64,000 bases of DNA, from NCBI GenBank assembly GCA_038245295.1, contig JBBRSP010000009.1, forward strand, positions 168,241 through 232,240, in the 5' to 3' direction. Under the pieces are notes generated by a model. That model ran no database searches. It saw only the letters and a program-made list of their open reading frames with translations, and was not told the origin of the DNA. Origin of the DNA: Candidatus Binatia bacterium. GTDB taxonomy: Bacteria > Desulfobacterota > Binatia > HRBIN30. How positions within the stretch are numbered: the first letter of the stretch is position 1; the number at the start of each line of letters is the position of its first letter. The position numbers and the translations under genes were made by a program. Shown here one piece after another: positions 59,429 to 64,000 of the stretch.

Positions 59429-59711
59429 TCAGGTGAGCAGGCGTTCACAGCGCCAGTCGAGCGCTTCCTGAGTCGGGCTGAACGCGCCCTCCTTTGGCGG
59501 CAGCCGTTGTTGTCCGCCGAGCTGCGCCAATTCCTTTTCTCCTTGTGAACGATGTGGGATCAGCCCGGGGCGAGGCTCGCCAGGTACCGTCAGCGGACGG
59601 CGCGATGAGGTACCGATGCATCGCCCAGTGGTGATTCTTGCACAGGGCAAGTCCGTTGGTGGGATGATCGTTGCGGCTCTCGGAGAATGGGATCAGATGG
59701 GCGGCATCGGT
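59429..59711 (-). pseudogene. C-terminal relic of an HNH (restriction-type) endonuclease
   Basis: DAAHLIPFSESRNDHPTNGLALCKNHHWAM, then a frame change to ...PPKEGAFSPTQEALDWR; no N-terminal part. Confidence 0.72.
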
Positions 59712-60061
59712 GAACGTCACTGATCCAGCGAGACGGCGCTTCCGCCGGTCGCTGCCTGGTCGGGGGAGCGGCTTGGGAGGCGGTTGGCGGTTATGCTGTA
59801 CGCTGGTCGACGGTGATCCCTCCGAGTAGAGCCACCGAACCGCTAACCGCGTAGCCCCGGGCGAGAAGCGCCTAACCGCTTGACCGCGTAACCCCTGGGC
59901 CGGGCGTATAGCGGCGTGGTCTCGGACCGACGGACGTTTCATGCGGAGGCGCGGAGCCGCGGAGGGGAGAGTTGCCTAACCGCTCAACCGCTTGCTCGGG
60001 TGTAGCCGCATGTATGCTCGGCAGTCATTGCGGCTCGGTGGACACCGGGTAGCTTGTTCGC

Positions 60062-60916
60062 GTGCCGTCACCATTGCATGAGGCGCTGCTGTATCTGTTC
60101 CGTGAGCGCCCAGCGCTGGCGCCGGAGCTGCTGCGCGATGCGTTGCACGCGCCGTTGCCTGAGTACAACGAGGTGCGCATCGAGTCGGCCGACTTCGCCA
60201 ACTTACAGGCCGCCGAGTATCGGGCCGATCTGGTGATCCTCCTGAGCCACGGTAAACCGGTGCTGGGCATCGTGGTCGAAGTCCAACTCCAACCGGACAG
60301 GGAGAAGCACTTTTCCTGGCCGCTTTATGTGGCCGGGCTGCGGACGCGCTTTCGTTGCGACGTTGTGCTCCTGGTAGTGACGGTTGACGAGAGTGTCGTG
60401 CGTTGGGCCTCGCAGCCGATCCGTCTGGGCGGCGGCAACATCTTTGTGCCGTTGGTGTTGGGCCCGTCGGGAGTGCCCGAAGTCACAGATCAACAGCGCG
60501 CACACGCGGATCCTGAACTGGCGGTATTGTCGGCCATGGCGCATGGTAGAGATACGGATGCAGGCAAGGCCGTGCAGATCGCCCTGGCGGCAATGAGCGG
60601 CACCATTGGACTCGACGATGCGCGATCGAAGTTGTATTTCGACCTGGTGCACATGTCGCTGAGCAGGGCGGCGCAGGAGGCGTTACAGACTATGGACCCC
60701 ACAAAGTACGAGTACCAAAGCGACTTCGCGCGGCGCTACGTCGCCGAGGGACGGGCCGAAGGTGAGGCGAATCTGGTTGTAAAACTCCTGACGTCCCGAT
60801 TCGGCCGTCTCAGCGGCGAGATCGAAGGCCGCATCCGCTCTGCATCGATCGAACAACTCGATCAAATCGCCGAGCGTGTGCTCACAGCGACCAGTCTCAA
60901 CGAGGCGCTCGGTTAG
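60062..60916 (+). CDS. Rpn-like PD-(D/E)XK protein with C-terminal DUF4351-like tail
   Basis: HEALLYLFRERP, YRADLV, VVEVQ, PELAVLSAMAHG, EGRAEG...LLTSRFG...IRSASIEQLDQIAERVL. Confidence 0.8.
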   Translation: MPSPLHEALLYLFRERPALAPELLRDALHAPLPEYNEVRIESADFANLQAAEYRADLVILLSHGKPVLGIVVEVQLQPDREKHFSWPLYVAGLRTRFRCDVVLLVVTVDESVVRWASQPIRLGGGNIFVPLVLGPSGVPEVTDQQRAHADPELAVLSAMAHGRDTDAGKAVQIALAAMSGTIGLDDARSKLYFDLVHMSLSRAAQEALQTMDPTKYEYQSDFARRYVAEGRAEGEANLVVKLLTSRFGRLSGEIEGRIRSASIEQLDQIAERVLTATSLNEALG

Positions 60917-61032
60917 TTTCGAGCGGATGGTCGGGCGTAGTCTTGGACCCGATGAACGTTCACGCTCCGCAAGCCATCGGGCGTATGGTGCGGGACTTGA
61001 GAGAAAGTTCTTACCACGTCAAGCTTCGGCGT

Positions 61033-61746
61033 CTACAATCCCTTGAGCACCTCCGCCTTTTGGGTTTCGTACTCCTGCTTCGTGATTAGCTTGCGGTTGA
61101 ACAGGTCCTGCAAGTGCATGAGCTTGGCGTCGATTTCCGCATCATGCGCCGCGCCCGCAGGGCTTTCCTTGGGCGGTTCTGGTGCAGCGGCCGCGACCGG
61201 TTTCAATTCACGCGTGAAGGCGTCAGACGTGAACTCGGCTTTCGCTTTGTTGGCGAAGTCGGCGAGGGCATTTTCGAGAATGTCCTGGACGTACTTCTGT
61301 CCGAACCAGAAGCTCGCGCCGCCCGCTCCGCCGCGGATCTCTTTTGACCAGGACGACTTGTGATCGGAGTTCTGCAGCGTGTAGTTTACTGTGACCGTGC
61401 CGCGATAGCCGATGTATCCCGCGACCCAGAAATAGCCCACCCTGGCGACGAGGGTGCGCGGCGCGTCAGGCTGCACCGCAATCCCCGCGTGGCGAAGCGC
61501 GTCGGTGGTGGCTTCCGTAATGCTGTTCACGATGATTTCCCGGTCTGCATCCGTGGCGTTCTTGGCAACCGACGCCGTTGTGCCGCCGGTATCCGCCGGG
61601 CGCTCATTCAAAACCTTCAAGCCAACAGTGGCCCACGACTCATCGGTGCCACCCGTCATTGGTCGATATCGAATCCGTGTACCACATCCGCTGGCGACGG
61701 TCGCAACCGTCAGCGCAACCAACGTGTTGGAAAGCAATCGATTCAT
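61033..61746 (-). CDS. Lipoprotein with C-terminal SHOCT domain
   Basis: Lipobox VASG-C; C-terminal KLMHLQDLFNRKLITKQEYETQKAEVL. Confidence 0.82.
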   Translation of the reverse strand: MNRLLSNTLVALTVATVASGCGTRIRYRPMTGGTDESWATVGLKVLNERPADTGGTTASVAKNATDADREIIVNSITEATTDALRHAGIAVQPDAPRTLVARVGYFWVAGYIGYRGTVTVNYTLQNSDHKSSWSKEIRGGAGGASFWFGQKYVQDILENALADFANKAKAEFTSDAFTRELKPVAAAAPEPPKESPAGAAHDAEIDAKLMHLQDLFNRKLITKQEYETQKAEVLKGL

Positions 61747-61980
61747 CCGTGCTCCTCTTGAGCCTCTGCCTGGCTAGGTTGACTAGTTGAAAGGGACCGG
61801 AGTGTCGCGCGTCGTTACCTCATCGAGTGTGACCTTGTCGAGTGATGCGGGCCGGTTTGACGTTTGGCGCACTCGGACTTGTCGACTGACGAGAGCTTCG
61901 ACCGTTGCGGCGCACGAGGGGCCTCCGGTTCGAGACGATGCATCCTGGCCGCCCGACTGAACCGGCGCGATCGAGCTTCG

Positions 61981-62170
61981 GGCTCGGGTTGCGGGACATC
62001 CACATCCTGGCCCGCCCAATCCTACCATCCGGCGCGCCGAGCGAAGGTTATCGAAGTGAGTCGTTGCCTGGGCTCACACGGAGTACACGTGAACTGCTTC
62101 GCCCCGGCCTCGCCATGCGGCAGGAGCCCGGGCCGACGCCTCCGAATGTGGATGTCCAATGAAGGTGCCC
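61981..62170. repeat. ~190-bp MITE/REPIN-like element, copy 1 (12-bp inverted repeats near its ends)
   Basis: Near-identical to 63190-63380; GGACATCCACAT at 61994-62005 and ATGTGGATGTCC at 62146-62157. Confidence 0.9.
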
Positions 62171-62192
62171 GCGTCCCGAAATCACCCGTCTA

Positions 62193-62221
62193 TTGATCGA
62201 TTCACCTTACAGGTGTACGGT
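62193..62221 (+). promoter_or_regulatory. Sigma70-like promoter of the TA operon with operator palindrome
   Basis: TTGATC-N17-TACGGT; CACCT-tac-AGGTG dyad (62203-62215) in the spacer; start codon ~8-11 nt downstream, probably leaderless. Confidence 0.6.
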
Positions 62222-62231
62222 GCTCTCGGTG

Positions 62232-62510
62232 ATGATCCACCGCGTTCACATCACCAAGCGCGCCGAGCGGCAGATCGAGAAGGTTCCGCGGCACATTCGG
62301 GTGAACCTTCTCCTCTGGGTTGCGACGGTTGAGGCTGACGGGTTGGAGGAAACACGAAAGATCCCGGGGTACCACGATGAGCCATTGCGGGGTGACCGAG
62401 CGGGGCAGCGATCGATTCGGCTCAGCCGAAGCTACCGGGCCATCTATGAGATCCGGGGTGGGGCGGTTGAATTCGTCTCTGTCGAGGAGGTCAGCAAGCA
62501 CCACTACTGA
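62232..62510 (+). CDS. RelE/HigB/YafQ-superfamily toxin
   Basis: VHITKRAERQIEKVP...GYHDEPLRGDRAGQRSIRLSRSYRAIY. Confidence 0.85.
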   Translation: MIHRVHITKRAERQIEKVPRHIRVNLLLWVATVEADGLEETRKIPGYHDEPLRGDRAGQRSIRLSRSYRAIYEIRGGAVEFVSVEEVSKHHY

Positions 62511-62519
62511 GGTAAGGCT

Positions 62520-62840
62520 GTGAAAAAACCAACTGCAAAAAAGAGCGCAGCGATCCAACTTCTAGAGCGACTCTCCGGTGGCCCGCTAACGCTTGGCGGC
62601 GCCATCGAAGCGGTGCGCAAGTGCGAAGAGCTTTCCTTGAGTATCTGCGCCGAGAAGCTCGGAATCTCCCGCTCGCACCTGTGCGACGTCGAGAAGGGTC
62701 GTAAGACGGTGAGCCCGGAGCGCGCCGCCGCCTGGGCGCAGATGCTGGGCTACCCGGAGTCCACGTTCGTCCGCCTGGCGCTCCAAGCCGGCTTGGATGC
62801 AGCCGGCCTCAGATACAGGGTTGATATCGAAGCTGCCTGA
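62520..62840 (+). CDS. XRE/HigA-like HTH antitoxin
   Basis: AEKLGISRSHLCDVEKGRKTVSPERA; toxin-first arrangement. Confidence 0.85.
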   Translation: MKKPTAKKSAAIQLLERLSGGPLTLGGAIEAVRKCEELSLSICAEKLGISRSHLCDVEKGRKTVSPERAAAWAQMLGYPESTFVRLALQAGLDAAGLRYRVDIEAA

Positions 62841-62968
62841 GCCGCGCAGGGATCTTCCGCCTACTGCCTACTGCGTCCTTCCGCCTGCTTTGCCGCCAGC
62901 CGGTTGAGCGGTTTCCCAACTCCCCTCCGCGTCCGCGTGAAACGTACGTCGGTTCGAGACGACGTCAA

Positions 62969-63164
62969 AGGATGGCTGATTGGACACCCACCGAGGATGG
63001 CTGATTGGACACCCACCGCGAACGCGGCCGAAATCACTAGTCGGTTCGATGCCTCTCGCCGGCTGCGGTGCCGCGGGTAGCGGCACGGCTGGCGTGGGTG
63101 TCCCTTTCTGGGCGGCGGGAACTTGATGGACATGCGATGGGACACCCGGGAACTTGATGGACAT
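62969..63164. repeat. Cluster of short repeats carrying the GGACA(C/T)CCAC motif
   Basis: 25-bp perfect tandem AGGATGGCTGATTGGACACCCACCG x2 (62969-63018); 18-bp CGGGAACTTGATGGACAT x2 (63116-63133, 63147-63164); inverted GTGGGTGTCC near 63094. Confidence 0.85.
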
Positions 63165-63189
63165 CCACTCTCGGGTGGCTCGCGTCGAA

Positions 63190-63380
63190 GGCTCGGGTTG
63201 CGGGACATCTACATCCTGGCCCGCCCAATCCTACCATCCGGTGCGCCGAGCGAAGGTTATCGAAGTGAGTCGGTGCCTGGCCTCACACGGAGTACACGTG
63301 CACTGGTTTCGCCCCGGCCTCGCTATGCGGCAGGAGCCCGGGCCGACGCCTCCGAATGTGGGTGTCCAATGAAGGGGCCC
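63190..63380. repeat. ~190-bp MITE/REPIN-like element, copy 2
   Basis: Direct repeat of 61981-62170 with about nine substitutions and one indel by manual alignment. Confidence 0.9.
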
Positions 63381-63940
63381 ATGAGTGGACGGGCCATGCG
63401 GTGCTGATGGGTAATCGTTCCTATGCGGCACAAGATACCGATTCAGTATTGTCGTTGTTCGCCAACGATCGCGGCACCGCACGCAACGCTTACCGCCTGT
63501 CGGTCGCCGACCGCTTGGCCAGTCCCCGGCCGGTTGACCTCGAAGGCGGCGGTCTCAAGCGCAGCCTCGGCTGCTGGGAGTCGCGGCCGCAGCTCAAGCG
63601 CAGTCGTGAGCGCTGGGCCGCGGACGAGCGCATTCTGGGTGACAGCGACTTCGTCAATCGGATGCTGGTCGAAATCGAGGCGCGCGAACCGTCGTTGGTG
63701 CGAGTGCACGCGGCCGACGTGGTGCCCCAACTCTGCACCTTGGTCGGTACCCAGTTCGGCATCGGCGCCCCCGTTGTCATGAGCAGAAGCTGCCTACCCG
63801 CCGCCGTCGCCGCCCGCGCGATCGTCTCCTGGCTCGCCGTCGCACGCCTCGGCGCGATCCCAGCCCAGGTTGCACGGGCTCTCGGCGTCTCTGTGCCATC
63901 TGTGCTGCGCGGCGTGAGCCGAGCCCCGACGAGGGCGTAG
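63381..63940 (+). pseudogene. 3' remnant of a Y1 (IS200/RAYT-like) transposase gene; catalytic HUH domain missing
   Basis: WTGHAVLMG...VLSLF...ARNAYR...DLEGGGLKRS...DERILGDSDFV plus a C-terminal HTH (VARALGVS); begins abruptly at the repeat end. Confidence 0.7.
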
Positions 63941-64000
63941 CGTTTCGCCATCGACCTCGAGCAGATCGCTGGGGAGTACATCTCCCATCTCAACTCAGTC

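Noticed and set aside
62969..63164. Possible mini-CRISPR array
   Set aside because: The 25-bp units are directly adjacent with no spacer, the 18-bp pair has only a 13-nt gap, and no cas genes are present.

Overview
GC-rich bacterial chromosomal window with no rRNA, tRNA or CRISPR array. The Cys-rich IPTL-CTERM-like protein and gene content suggest a Deltaproteobacteria/Ca. Binatia-like genome (inference only). Layout: (i) 1-6.9 kb, a probable aminotransferase-Mur-ligase fusion end, aconitase with divergent LysR, an SDR/DUF2867 protein and a sorted surface protein; (ii) 7.2-28.6 kb, a large surface-polysaccharide/glycosylation locus (priming transferase, Wzx, GT4/GT2, O-antigen-ligase-like, three SGNH, two GNAT proteins, nucleotide-sugar dehydrogenase); (iii) 28.9-45.7 kb, vapBC, an MpaB/Lcp oxygenase, a REC-adenylate cyclase, a Gly-repeat fibre-like protein, a nine-GAF hybrid kinase, a Baeyer-Villiger monooxygenase pseudogene and an acyl-CoA dehydrogenase pair; (iv) 46.5-57.7 kb, the highlight: a RiPP-style cluster with a Tat-leader, Pro/Thr/Met-repeat, C-terminally anchored precursor followed by two PqqD/RRE-fused plant HPAT/SERGT-like glycosyltransferases, two 2OG-Fe(II) prolyl-hydroxylase-like enzymes, an O-fucosyltransferase-like/pseudo-HprK fusion, two Skp1-type (GT60) hydroxyproline GlcNAc-transferase domains, a methyltransferase and a GDP-mannose-3,5-epimerase-like enzyme. 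This looks like a bacterial leader-directed hydroxyproline-glycoprotein (extensin-like) pathway; (v) 57.9-64 kb, OmpA, an HNH relic, an Rpn/DUF4351 protein, a SHOCT lipoprotein, and a toxin-antitoxin pair bracketed by two ~190-bp MITE/REPIN-like repeats next to a truncated Y1 transposase. Several REP-like palindrome families are dispersed through the window. All family calls come from motif recognition by eye, not database searches.
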